From Spirochaetia bacterium (lineage in GTDB: Bacteria > Spirochaetota > Spirochaetia > UBA9216): a DNA stretch of 64,000 nucleotides. The translations under genes and the position numbers were made by a program. The DNA lies in NCBI GenBank assembly GCA_965140585.1, contig OZ223272.1:224001-288000 (forward strand), in the 5' to 3' direction. Below the pieces are notes generated by a model. The model saw only the letters and a program-made list of their open reading frames with translations. It did not search any database and had not been told where the DNA came from. Positions 40,793 to 50,210 of this stretch are shown here, piece after piece. The stretch's first letter is position 1, and each line of letters starts with the position of its first letter.

Positions 40793-41032
40793 CTATCGGT
40801 ATGCATCAAAATTCTGATAGACTCTTTCGCCCTCAAAATCTATAACTACTTCAATACAGTCTTTAGGGCATAAAGCTTCGCAATAGGTGCAATGAACGCA
40901 GTCTTCAACATACTTGAATACTGGTAATTTTTTATTCTCATCCCAGCGTATGACGTCAACAAAGCATGATTTGTAGCAGACCTTGCAGCCTATGCAGGTT
41001 GAAGGATTAAAATTTATTTTATGGTTTGCCAT
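40793..41032 (-). CDS. 2x[4Fe-4S] ferredoxin (AprB-like partner)
   Basis: CIGCKVC...C and CVHCTYC...CP; directly upstream of the flavoprotein. Confidence 0.9.
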   Translation of the reverse strand: MANHKINFNPSTCIGCKVCYKSCFVDVIRWDENKKLPVFKYVEDCVHCTYCEALCPKDCIEVVIDFEGERVYQNFDAYR

Positions 41033-41053
41033 GCAGCAGTTCTCCTTGTCTTT

Positions 41054-41875
41054 CTAAAAGTAATTTTTTTCCTCAGCGTAAACTCTGGGAAGCAGTGATG
41101 CCAGATTGGTAAACTCTTTTATATTATGAAGAAGAAGAGCCATAGGACCCATCGGAGGCATTCTGAATCCGTCCGGAAGAGCTTTTACATCTCTGCCGTT
41201 TTCGAATGTCCACCCCATCCAGAATCTGGTTCTAAGCTCAACGCCACCATCTATTTCTCTGATAAAATGACACATGATGGTTTCGGGACTTGCGAATGGA
41301 GGATGACCAATACCGTTACCCTTTGCGCACACTATTGTACCGCAGGCTTCTGTACCGTATTTGGTCATATCAAATCCAAGGTCCCCCGGATATTTAAAAT
41401 TGATACTCAGGTGTTCAGGCCCCATACCCACATCTTCTATTACGTGATGAGTAGTATCCCAGTATTTTTCTTTAATGCTTAAATCAGGATCATGTGCCCT
41501 GACTTTCTGCATCGATTCTGCCTGATAATGATCTTCATGATTCCAGATGGAGTATCGAAGATTATCAAGTCCATGCCAGGCGAACCACCAGTCAAACATT
41601 TCTACCGTTACACCAGGCATCATTGTATGATTTGCAACAAAACCGGTACCGTCTTCCATCACACAGTATCCGACTTCAATATCCAGATATCCCGGATTAA
41701 ACAAGTCATTTCTATCCTTGAATTTTAATGCTCTCCGGGGGTCAACAGGCCCCATTAATACTTCCTGGTATTTTTCCTTAGGAGCCTCAGCCATTTCCTC
41801 GTTAAAATATTTAAAATATGTTTTTTCTTTATCCTGTTCAGTAACAGGGACCAAACCCTGATTAACCATTGCCAT
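41054..41875 (-). CDS. Phloretin hydrolase/PhlG (DAPG hydrolase) family C-C hydrolase
   Basis: E.GYC...DG, MPGVT.EM.DWWFAWH, RY.IW..EDH, HHV.ED.G, ELRTRFW.G, H...EF..LA..LP..Y. Confidence 0.9.
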   Translation of the reverse strand: MAMVNQGLVPVTEQDKEKTYFKYFNEEMAEAPKEKYQEVLMGPVDPRRALKFKDRNDLFNPGYLDIEVGYCVMEDGTGFVANHTMMPGVTVEMFDWWFAWHGLDNLRYSIWNHEDHYQAESMQKVRAHDPDLSIKEKYWDTTHHVIEDVGMGPEHLSINFKYPGDLGFDMTKYGTEACGTIVCAKGNGIGHPPFASPETIMCHFIREIDGGVELRTRFWMGWTFENGRDVKALPDGFRMPPMGPMALLLHNIKEFTNLASLLPRVYAEEKNYF

Positions 41876-41979
41876 AATTACTCCTTTGATAAGAACAGCA
41901 GTTCCCCGAAGACATTGACTCTCCGGGCAAGCTGCTCAGATTCGGTATTAAAATTCCATTACTTTCGTTATATTCAATG

Positions 41980-42822
41980 TCATTCAGCTTTATTCAGCCC
42001 GAGAATCTGCCGTGCCTCATCAGGAGTTGCAACTTCTTTTCCAAATTCGGTTATAAGTCTTTTTGCTCTTTCGACAAACTGTACATTCGATTCAGCCGGA
42101 ACTCCCTTCTGGTATAGAACATTATCTTCAAATCCTACCCGGACATGACCGCCGAGAGCGATTGTTGTATACAGCAGAGGCATATGTCCCTTGCCGATTC
42201 CAAAGCCACCCCAGGTACATCCTTCGGGGAGTAATCCATGAAGATAAACCAGATTCTCAACTGTTGCCGGCATTCCTCCGGCCGCACCCATACAAAGCTG
42301 AAAATGCAGTGGAGCTTTTAATATCCCCTTCTTCAGATAATAAAGAGCATTTGACAGCATTCCGACATCAAATATTTCAATTTCAGGCTTAATGTTAAAT
42401 TCCTGCATGGTAGCACCGAGCTTTTCAAGAAACCTAGGACTGTTTTCAAAAACTGAGGTATTCAGCCAGTTCATTGAGCCGCAGTCATACGAAGCCATCT
42501 CCGGCTTCAGTTCTTTTATATGAACCATCCTCTCTTCATCAGTCAAACCAAGCTGTCCGGAAGTTGTGAGGTTGATAACAATGTCACAATCAGTGGCTCT
42601 TATAAGCTCAACGGTTTCCTTAAACTTTTCAAAACTCATTGATGATTTATCATTATCATCCCTCACGTGGATATGTGAAACCGATGCTCCGGCTTTCCAG
42701 CATGCATAGACATCATCTGCAATTTCCTGCGGCTGAAGAGGCACATTAGGGTTTTCATTTTTTGTAGGCCACGCACCAGTATGCGCAACTGTAAGTATTA
42801 CTTTATTATCCAAATCACTCAT
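41980..42822 (-). CDS. BKACE/Kce (DUF849) beta-keto acid cleavage enzyme, candidate triacetate acetoacetate-lyase
   Basis: T.A.TG, NP.VP..P.EI, HIHVRD, KPEIEIFD.G, GGHVRVG.EDN. Confidence 0.9.
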   Translation of the reverse strand: MSDLDNKVILTVAHTGAWPTKNENPNVPLQPQEIADDVYACWKAGASVSHIHVRDDNDKSSMSFEKFKETVELIRATDCDIVINLTTSGQLGLTDEERMVHIKELKPEMASYDCGSMNWLNTSVFENSPRFLEKLGATMQEFNIKPEIEIFDVGMLSNALYYLKKGILKAPLHFQLCMGAAGGMPATVENLVYLHGLLPEGCTWGGFGIGKGHMPLLYTTIALGGHVRVGFEDNVLYQKGVPAESNVQFVERAKRLITEFGKEVATPDEARQILGLNKAE

Positions 42823-42833
42823 AATTATCCCCG

Positions 42834-43772
42834 TTAAATATTTCCGCCGTAGGTATATACCCTGTCAGGAACATCATTTAGATCAGCCTCGTCGATTTCT
42901 GCGACACATCTAACCATTGAGCCGTCACCAAGATACCATCGAAGAGGAAAGCAGTAGAAACGGAATCTTTTTCCGCTAACTTTATCTAGATCACCGCCGA
43001 GATTTTCAACACCGACAATTCCGTGTCCCAGCATCTGCTTGTGACAGGGCTCCCATGTTCCCCAGCATCCAATGGCTTCAAGGTCGCCGTACTTTGCATC
43101 ATAAGCTTCCTGCCCGTGAACTTTTATATATGTGAATTTGTCAAACTCAGCATAAGCTTCTTCTCCGAACTGTTCGATATATTCTTCAGTAATCGGTTTT
43201 CCAGATGCTCCTATAAGGTTCATCTTTGTCATTCCATTATTACCCATTGCAGTATGCAGAGGATGATCAAGGGCCTGAGTATCATTGGCTACGCATTTAA
43301 CCTTATGCTTAACAAACCACTTGCCGGCTTCTACGCCAGTGCCGCATGCGTAGTGATAATATTCTTTTGAATCATCAAACTTTCGATGCATCCCTGTATT
43401 CAGGCAGACAACCATGCCTTCCAGTTCAGCAGGCTTAATTCCGACTTTCTCACATGCCGCTTCAAGGTGCTTAGGTCCTATAAGGCCCCATCTCTCAATT
43501 TCGATCGGAAGACATACAGCATCGCCTGTATAAGCATCAACAGGCATCTCATGTGTGTAGCGGGCTCTTCTGCCGTCGAACTCTTTTTCCATTACATGCC
43601 GCGGTGCGTCTGCGTGAGTTCCGGTATGCATGGTACATGTTATTTTCTGAGTAAGAACTCCGCCCTTTGCCATTGTATGATTATTATCAATTACAGGCTT
43701 ATCAAAATAAGGCCACCTTGGTATTTCCGCACTGAACGGATGTGTTAAATCTACAAATATTTTTTTTCCCAT
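42834..43772 (-). CDS. Cyclase-family hydrolase, candidate dihydrophloroglucinol cyclohydrolase
   Basis: MHTGTHADAP.H, DTQALDHP, WEPCH, GVENLGGD, FPLRW..GDGSM.R; assignment supported by gene context. Confidence 0.82.
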   Translation of the reverse strand: MGKKIFVDLTHPFSAEIPRWPYFDKPVIDNNHTMAKGGVLTQKITCTMHTGTHADAPRHVMEKEFDGRRARYTHEMPVDAYTGDAVCLPIEIERWGLIGPKHLEAACEKVGIKPAELEGMVVCLNTGMHRKFDDSKEYYHYACGTGVEAGKWFVKHKVKCVANDTQALDHPLHTAMGNNGMTKMNLIGASGKPITEEYIEQFGEEAYAEFDKFTYIKVHGQEAYDAKYGDLEAIGCWGTWEPCHKQMLGHGIVGVENLGGDLDKVSGKRFRFYCFPLRWYLGDGSMVRCVAEIDEADLNDVPDRVYTYGGNI

Positions 43773-43841
43773 AATATTACTCCAAATAATTTAAAATAAT
43801 TAGTCATTAAAATGAGGATAAAACTTACCCTCCGCCTTTAA

Positions 43842-44795
43842 TTAAAAATAATCCTTTTCATTGGTTCCCTGCTGCTTAATCAGATACTCCTGGAGAGCTC
43901 TTTTAGATGCAGCAATTTTCTTGTCATCCCAATCGTAAAATCCTTTCCCTGATTTAAAACCGATTGTGCCTTTGTCTATCATCTCCCTCAGCAGTGGAGA
44001 CGGTTCTGTAGCGTTTTCAATATGCTTTAATATGTAGCTGTGAATATTCCAGGTTAATTCTGTTCCAACCATGTCGGAGTTTTCAATCGGAGCCAGGATT
44101 GGAAGCCTGAAACCGAAACTGTACCGAATTGCATCATCTACTGTTTTAGGATCAGCTATTCCCCTCTCTACGATTGATATAGCCTCGCGCCATAGCGCAT
44201 GCTGCAGTCTATTTGCGACAAACCCCGGAACATCTTTTTTAACATGAATTGGTTTTCTTCCACATTCAGAAAGAAGCTCCATTGTAATCTGCACAGTCTC
44301 ATCTGAAGTGTCAGATGCAGGAACAACTTCTACCAGCGGAATAAGGTAAGGGGGATTCCAGAAGTGAGTTCCTATAATCCTATCCCTTTTTTCTGATGTC
44401 GAAGCAATTTCCGTAATACTAATTACAGAGGTATTAGTGGCAAGAACAGTTTCAGGTTTGCAGAGTTTATCAAGCTTTTGAAAAAATTCCTGTTTAAGTT
44501 CCAGCTTCTCTCCAATAGCTTCTATAACGAAATCTGCATCAACCACTGCTTTCTCAAAATCATCAGTTGTTGTTACTTTTGAAATAATAGACGCTATGCT
44601 CTCATGACTGCCTATTCCATTGTCCGCCATGAGAGAAAGATTGCCTTTTATTTGTTCAACAACTCCCGGAAGGACTTCAGCACGACGGGCCCAGACTGTA
44701 ACCGAATAACCCTTTGATGCAAAAATCTGTGCGACCCCGGGACCCATCATGCCAGCCCCGAGGATTGTAATTTTCTTTATATCTGAAATCATCAT
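43842..44795 (-). CDS. 3-hydroxyacyl-CoA dehydrogenase family, candidate 3-hydroxy-5-oxohexanoate dehydrogenase
   Basis: LGAG.MG, IEA..E...K, TNTS, GTHFWNPP, PGFVANRLQ. Confidence 0.88.
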   Translation of the reverse strand: MMISDIKKITILGAGMMGPGVAQIFASKGYSVTVWARRAEVLPGVVEQIKGNLSLMADNGIGSHESIASIISKVTTTDDFEKAVVDADFVIEAIGEKLELKQEFFQKLDKLCKPETVLATNTSVISITEIASTSEKRDRIIGTHFWNPPYLIPLVEVVPASDTSDETVQITMELLSECGRKPIHVKKDVPGFVANRLQHALWREAISIVERGIADPKTVDDAIRYSFGFRLPILAPIENSDMVGTELTWNIHSYILKHIENATEPSPLLREMIDKGTIGFKSGKGFYDWDDKKIAASKRALQEYLIKQQGTNEKDYF

Positions 44796-44797
44796 AC

Positions 44798-45586
44798 CTA
44801 GTTAGCCCAGTATCCGCCGTCAGTAGCTATATTAGCCCCGGTCATAAAATCACTTGATTTTGATGCAAGAAAAATACACGGGCCGACAAAATCTTCAGGT
44901 TCGCCCAGTCTTCCAACAGGAAGTCTTTTTAGAAAGTTTTTGTAGACCTCACTTTCAGGATCAAACATCCATTCTGTAAGTTCTGATCTGAATACTGTCG
45001 GATTGATGGTGTTTACGTTAATTTTATATTTGGCAGTCCATTCACAGGCAAGAGACTGTGCCATCAAATCGATTCCGGCTTTTGCTGTACAATAGCCGGT
45101 ATAATTAGCCATTCCCATTTTCGACCTTGCAGAAGACACAAGAATAACCTTTCCGCCCTTTCCCTGCTCAATCATCTGCTTCCCTGCATATTTACAGAAT
45201 AGCCAAGTACCCTGAACATCGGAGTCCATAATTTTTTTCCACTCCGATAAATCCTGCTCAACTATCGGCTGGGGATGATTATATCCTGCAGCCGTTACAA
45301 GTACATTTATCTCTCCGAATGTCTTAACTGCTGAGTTAATAATCTTTATTACATCTTCTTCTTTAGCAGGATCTCCAGCCTCAGAAGCGCATTCTATACC
45401 GGCACTTTTTAATTCATCACAAAGAGCTTTATTTTTAGACTCATTTCGACCGGTTACAAAAACTTTCATACCGGCATGGCCGTAGCCGAAAGCAATTTCA
45501 CGGCCCAGAGCTCCGGTAGCTCCGGTAATTACAGCGACTTTATTTTTTACATCAAATAAATTAGTTACAAAATCTGTTTTCATCAA
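44798..45586 (-). CDS. SDR, candidate phloroglucinol reductase
   Basis: TGATGALG, SSAR, YCTAK, PTVFRS.LT, DGG; heads the cyclase/3-HAD/BKACE/Phy cluster. Confidence 0.82.
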   Translation of the reverse strand: MMKTDFVTNLFDVKNKVAVITGATGALGREIAFGYGHAGMKVFVTGRNESKNKALCDELKSAGIECASEAGDPAKEEDVIKIINSAVKTFGEINVLVTAAGYNHPQPIVEQDLSEWKKIMDSDVQGTWLFCKYAGKQMIEQGKGGKVILVSSARSKMGMANYTGYCTAKAGIDLMAQSLACEWTAKYKINVNTINPTVFRSELTEWMFDPESEVYKNFLKRLPVGRLGEPEDFVGPCIFLASKSSDFMTGANIATDGGYWAN

Positions 45587-45600
45587 ACTACTCCTGAAAT

Positions 45601-45945
45601 CTAGTAATTAACGATAACCAGCATTGAAGCCGGGAAATTTGTTTCGTTAATCAGTGAACGTCCTTCATTAGGACCGATGAAGATTGAATCATTTTTTTTC
45701 AGTACAATCTTTTCTTTCTTGTCTTTTGTGTATACTGTCAGCTCACCCTCAAGTACATAATAGATTTTTTCAGTTAGTGAATCTTCATATGCATAATCGG
45801 CTCCACCTCCAGGAAGAAAATGACTCAGTCCCATCCAGAACTTTTGAGCATTTGATTCATCTTTTCCGTGAAGCCTCATTGCTGTCATTTTAAAATGTCC
45901 CGGAGCATCATAAGTACTGCACTCTTCAACTTGTCTTTTTTTCAT
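45601..45945 (-). CDS. Cupin domain protein
   Basis: 114 aa; SHFLPGGG, EKIYYVLEGE, DS.FI.P.E.R...N cupin pattern. Confidence 0.88.
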   Translation of the reverse strand: MKKRQVEECSTYDAPGHFKMTAMRLHGKDESNAQKFWMGLSHFLPGGGADYAYEDSLTEKIYYVLEGELTVYTKDKKEKIVLKKNDSIFIGPNEGRSLINETNFPASMLVIVNY

Positions 45946-46035
45946 ATTTTATCCTCCAAGGTTCAAAAATTAATTTTTAACACTCTGTATGTTTAACTGT
46001 TAGTTTTTTACTTTTATTAAAAATAAGTTTTTAAG

Positions 46036-46075
46036 ATTATGTTCCGGCTTTTTCCAGCCGTCAACACAACTTATT
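46036..46075 (-). promoter_or_regulatory. Promoter of cupin-SDR operon with upstream box
   Basis: AGTTGTG-TTGACG-N17-CATAAT; matches 47617-47656. Confidence 0.68.
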
Positions 46076-46164
46076 ACACTAAAAACTGTATCTTTTTATT
46101 TTTTTGTCATAATTTCCAACAGTTTATATTTTTTTAACTGTAATTTTTTATCCTTTAAAAAACA

Positions 46165-46190
46165 GCCCGCCTGAATTATCTAAGCGGGCG
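46165..46190 (-). terminator. Terminator after permease gene
   Basis: GCCCGC...GCGGGC stem followed on the minus strand by TGTTTTTT. Confidence 0.6.
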
Positions 46191-46214
46191 CTTCTGCTTT
46201 TAACTCTTTTTGCT

Positions 46215-47591
46215 TCAGCCCAGTCCGGGAAACAGCATGAACATCACAGCTGCAATAACAGTACCGACAAGGGTATAGGCAACTGTCATAAGAAAAACCG
46301 GCAGATATCCTTCCTTATGCTTAATCTTTGACAGACCAAGTATCAGAAGGACAAATCCATTAGCAGGCAGTGTTTCAAATGTAGTGGAAGCAAGGGCGAC
46401 TACTCGTGCAATTCCGGGAATATTTGGAATCATTCCGCTTTGCCCTACAATTCCCATAATAATCGGAATTGATATAAAAATAGCTGCGGGCGGAGAAGAA
46501 GTTAAAGCAACAACTATGCTGATTACGATAATTGCTGCGATCATATAATGTACCTGCATACCGTAGAAGATTCCAATTACCATTCCAAAGGCTGCGGTAG
46601 AAGCAATTACAGCAGCAAGTCCTGATGGTGTTACTATAGAGATAAGCGCATTAGGATATTCCCCTGCACCGGTATTAATTGAATTTATAATAGCTTTTCC
46701 AAGAGTTATTTCACTGCAGCCGTCACCTCGTGAAACCATATATTTAAACATCAGAATTATTGCAAGTATTATTCCTGCACCCAGAGCAATTAAAACTTCA
46801 TGAAATACAAGAAATAAAATAAAGACTACAAGCAGAGGTATCAAAGCGACCCAGAAATTGGGAAGTTCTCTATTTTCAACAGGAGGGCAGTAGGCTTCTC
46901 CCATCTCGAACTTATCTCCTTTCGCTTTTGATTTTATAATTAACCGTACCACAGTAAAATAGCTCAATACAGCAATAATTATTACTGAAACAAACCCGGG
47001 AACAAGACCGGCTGTAGGCGATATTTCAATACCCTGAGCCTTTAAGGCCTGCATAACCATAATATTAATATGCTGAGGCGCTCCCGGAGCAGCAATAAAA
47101 GGCGCCCCCAGGCACAGCAGTGCCGGCACGAACTTTCTCGGTATATCAGTCTTTTCAGCTACAACCATTATTATCGGGAATAGTGTAAACACAACAACAA
47201 AAGCATCCACTCCGCCGAAAGTAAAGATCGCACTTACTATAAGAATAACAAAAACTGCAGCCTTTACCTGACCTTCACCCTTTCTGGGCAGTACAAATTT
47301 ATTTACAAGAGTAACCGCAATTGATGATGCCGCACCGGTTTCTGCATATACTTTACCGAATACCGCCCCCATAAAAATCAGAGAGAATAGACTTATAATT
47401 ACATCTGTCATTCCACTCACGTAATTATTTGCTATTGCTGTAACCGGATTCAGCTGATTAAATATAGCAACAATGACAGCACAGACCGGCGCTACCCACA
47501 GAGTGGACCATCCTTTATACGCCAGGACAAGAAAAAGTACGATACCGATAATTATACCGGCAAGACCCAATAGTTCCATCGAACCCTCCAA
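46215..47591 (-). CDS. GntP/citrate-family secondary permease
   Basis: 458 aa, highly hydrophobic; GA.FGK...GAA.SIA, GGV..FVV.F...P, PG.PQ..N. Confidence 0.85.
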   Translation of the reverse strand: MEGSMELLGLAGIIIGIVLFLVLAYKGWSTLWVAPVCAVIVAIFNQLNPVTAIANNYVSGMTDVIISLFSLIFMGAVFGKVYAETGAASSIAVTLVNKFVLPRKGEGQVKAAVFVILIVSAIFTFGGVDAFVVVFTLFPIIMVVAEKTDIPRKFVPALLCLGAPFIAAPGAPQHINIMVMQALKAQGIEISPTAGLVPGFVSVIIIAVLSYFTVVRLIIKSKAKGDKFEMGEAYCPPVENRELPNFWVALIPLLVVFILFLVFHEVLIALGAGIILAIILMFKYMVSRGDGCSEITLGKAIINSINTGAGEYPNALISIVTPSGLAAVIASTAAFGMVIGIFYGMQVHYMIAAIIVISIVVALTSSPPAAIFISIPIIMGIVGQSGMIPNIPGIARVVALASTTFETLPANGFVLLILGLSKIKHKEGYLPVFLMTVAYTLVGTVIAAVMFMLFPGLG

Positions 47592-47616
47592 ATAATACTT
47601 CTAAAAGTTTTCAGAA

Positions 47617-47656
47617 ATTATCCGCTGACTATTTTCCGCCGTCAACGCAACTAATT
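47617..47656 (-). promoter_or_regulatory. Promoter of permease with upstream box
   Basis: AGTTGCG-TTGACG-N17-GATAAT; matches 46036-46075. Confidence 0.68.
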
Positions 47657-47750
47657 ATTGTGCTATATGTAATTTTTTGATATTTTAAAAAACCTTAATA
47701 TGCAATCCTGAGGTATACTGTAATTAATTAACTTACAAACGGAGATAAGA

Positions 47751-50210
47751 ATGAGAGTGCAGCATGACATAACAAATTATGACAACAGTGGAAGCTTTAT
47801 GAAAATCTCGCTGCACAAGCTAAAAAATGTTTTCAGGCATTGCCATGACAGCATTGAACTTCTGTTTATCCTATCTGGAAAAATTTCAATATACAGCAAC
47901 AATAAAACCCACATGCTTAATGAAGATGATGTCTACCTAATAAACAGGAATGAGCTTCACGAACTTCAATCCAGCGGCTGTGTTCTTATAAAATTAGAAA
48001 TTAATTCTGCATTTTTCAATGCACCTGATTCTCCATTTCCAGCAGATGCCAGATTCAACTGTAACTCTTCGGCACATCACGATAAAATGATTTTCTATAA
48101 TCTGAAAGTTCTGATAGCAAAACTCGTTAAAAAAAATACGGAGAATGGTAAATTTCTTGAAATTATAAATAAGGCTTATCTATATGAACTGTTTTACGAA
48201 CTTATGAATAATTTTCGAATAACCAGCAGAGAAGAACCATCTGCAGACTTAAAATTATACGACAGAACCAACCGTATAATTAATTATATCAATACAAATT
48301 ATTCATCCTACATATCGCTTGAATCACTTGCAGAGAAGGAAAATTTATCAGTGCCTTATCTTTCCCGTTTTTTTAAAGAACAGACAGGACAGACATTTAA
48401 AAATTACCTTAACAAAATTCGTCTGCTTCACGGAGTTAATGAACTTATTTCAACCGACAAGAATATATCAGAAATTGCTGAAGAAGCTGGTTTTTCAAAT
48501 GCGAGATCCTTTGTTGCTGTATTCAAGGAAGAATATGACGACAATCCAAACGCATACAGAAAAAACAATTACCTTCATTTTGCACACAAGCCGGAGAACC
48601 TCGACTATACTCAGATTGAAAAAAGTGATTATCTTAAAAACCTCACTAGATACCTTAACACCGATATCACATCCATGCTTCCGATAAAAACCGAATGGGA
48701 CACAATAACAAGCGGAATAATAAATGTAAAAAAAAGCTGCAGGGAACTTACACATAATTTTAAAAAGATTTTCTCATTCGGGGACGGCAGGGCAATTCTT
48801 TATGCTGAAATCCAGGAGATGCTGATAGAGATGCAGCGGGACATTGGTTTTGAATACATTCTTTTTCATGGTCTTTTTGACAAGTCAGTGGCTCAATACC
48901 TGCTTTCAGATGACAAAGAATATTTGTTCAATTTCAACAGAATTGACAAGATTCTTGAATTTATACTTTCAATTAATCTGAAACCTTTTTTAAAACTGGG
49001 GATAGAATTCAAAGAGACTTCTTACATATCAGAGCTACTCAGAAACCCTTCAGTAATAAACTCGTCACTTGATAAGTGGTATCAGTTTATTACTGAATTC
49101 TTAATGCATATAGAATGGAGATTCGGAAAAGAGGAAGTTTCCTCCTGGAAGTTCTGCCTGCAGGAAGAATATGACAGAAATAAACTTCTCATTAATCACA
49201 AAACTGAAGACCGTTATAAGCAGCTGTATCTTACAACCTTCAAAGCTATTAAATCTCATAATACTGCTATTAAATTCGGACCGTCTCCGCTAATGCCCTA
49301 TATGATGATTGATACACCAATATTATCCGAGTTCCTCGAATTCTTTAACCGCTATAAATGCATGCCTGATTTTTTTACTTTTAAATATTTCCCGGTAATT
49401 GCTGAAGCCTCGGAAAAGAGAACCAGATTTTTGCTTGATAAAAACCCAGATTCTCTGCAGACTTTTATAAATAAAATCATGGAACAGCTGAACATAAAAA
49501 AAACCTTTGCAATTCCAATCTACCTTTCTGACTGGAATTCATCAACCTCAAATGTGGATCTACTTAACGACACTTGTTTCAAAGCTGCTTATATAGTTAG
49601 AAATATTGCAAAAAACTATGACAGGCTTGACAGTTTTGGATACTGGATACTCTCAGATTTTAATCTGGATCTTGAGACAGGTGATAAATTATTTCACGGT
49701 GGACTTGGTCTTTTTACAAAGAACGGTATAAAAAAACCATCATACTACGCTCTTTCATTTCTAAGCAGATTGGGAAACAAACTTATAGATTCAGGTGAGT
49801 GCTATATGGTAACCGGAAGCGAAACCGGTTATCAGATTATTGCATATAATTATTCACATTATTCACAGCTATATGCAGAAGGCGAAAGATTCGACATGAC
49901 ATTTTCTGAAAGATACACACCATTCCATCAAACCCGAAATATTGAACTACGGCTGAATCTTTCAAAAATAACAAATGGAGAATATACGCAAAAAAGGTAC
50001 AGGGTGAACAGAAAGAGCGGAAGCTGCTTTGATATGTGGACAAGAATGTTCTCACAGGAAATTTACAGCAGGGATGATATTAACATACTGAAACAGCATT
50101 CCAGCCCTTTCTACCAGATGCAGACAATTAACATCACTAATACAAGTCTGACTGTGAATATGGAACTTGAACCTCATGAAATACAGCTGATTCTTATTGA
50201 AAAAATTTAA
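47751..50210 (+). CDS. AraC-family regulator with C-terminal GH39-like domain
   Basis: N-terminal cupin (H.H..IE), double HTH (LS..YLSRFFK, IAEEAGF.N...F...FK), then GH39-like domain (IGFEY..FHG.F, YW..SD, FHGG.GL....I.KP.Y). Confidence 0.9.
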   Translation: MRVQHDITNYDNSGSFMKISLHKLKNVFRHCHDSIELLFILSGKISIYSNNKTHMLNEDDVYLINRNELHELQSSGCVLIKLEINSAFFNAPDSPFPADARFNCNSSAHHDKMIFYNLKVLIAKLVKKNTENGKFLEIINKAYLYELFYELMNNFRITSREEPSADLKLYDRTNRIINYINTNYSSYISLESLAEKENLSVPYLSRFFKEQTGQTFKNYLNKIRLLHGVNELISTDKNISEIAEEAGFSNARSFVAVFKEEYDDNPNAYRKNNYLHFAHKPENLDYTQIEKSDYLKNLTRYLNTDITSMLPIKTEWDTITSGIINVKKSCRELTHNFKKIFSFGDGRAILYAEIQEMLIEMQRDIGFEYILFHGLFDKSVAQYLLSDDKEYLFNFNRIDKILEFILSINLKPFLKLGIEFKETSYISELLRNPSVINSSLDKWYQFITEFLMHIEWRFGKEEVSSWKFCLQEEYDRNKLLINHKTEDRYKQLYLTTFKAIKSHNTAIKFGPSPLMPYMMIDTPILSEFLEFFNRYKCMPDFFTFKYFPVIAEASEKRTRFLLDKNPDSLQTFINKIMEQLNIKKTFAIPIYLSDWNSSTSNVDLLNDTCFKAAYIVRNIAKNYDRLDSFGYWILSDFNLDLETGDKLFHGGLGLFTKNGIKKPSYYALSFLSRLGNKLIDSGECYMVTGSETGYQIIAYNYSHYSQLYAEGERFDMTFSERYTPFHQTRNIELRLNLSKITNGEYTQKRYRVNRKSGSCFDMWTRMFSQEIYSRDDINILKQHSSPFYQMQTINITNTSLTVNMELEPHEIQLILIEKI

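Noticed and set aside
39066-41032. True APS reductase or succinate dehydrogenase
   Set aside because: No sat/qmo/dsr or membrane-anchor genes and no covalent-FAD His; only the fold is shared.
41980-42822. Lysine fermentation kce gene
   Set aside because: No kamA, kamDE, kdd or kal nearby; the context fits the phloroglucinol pathway.
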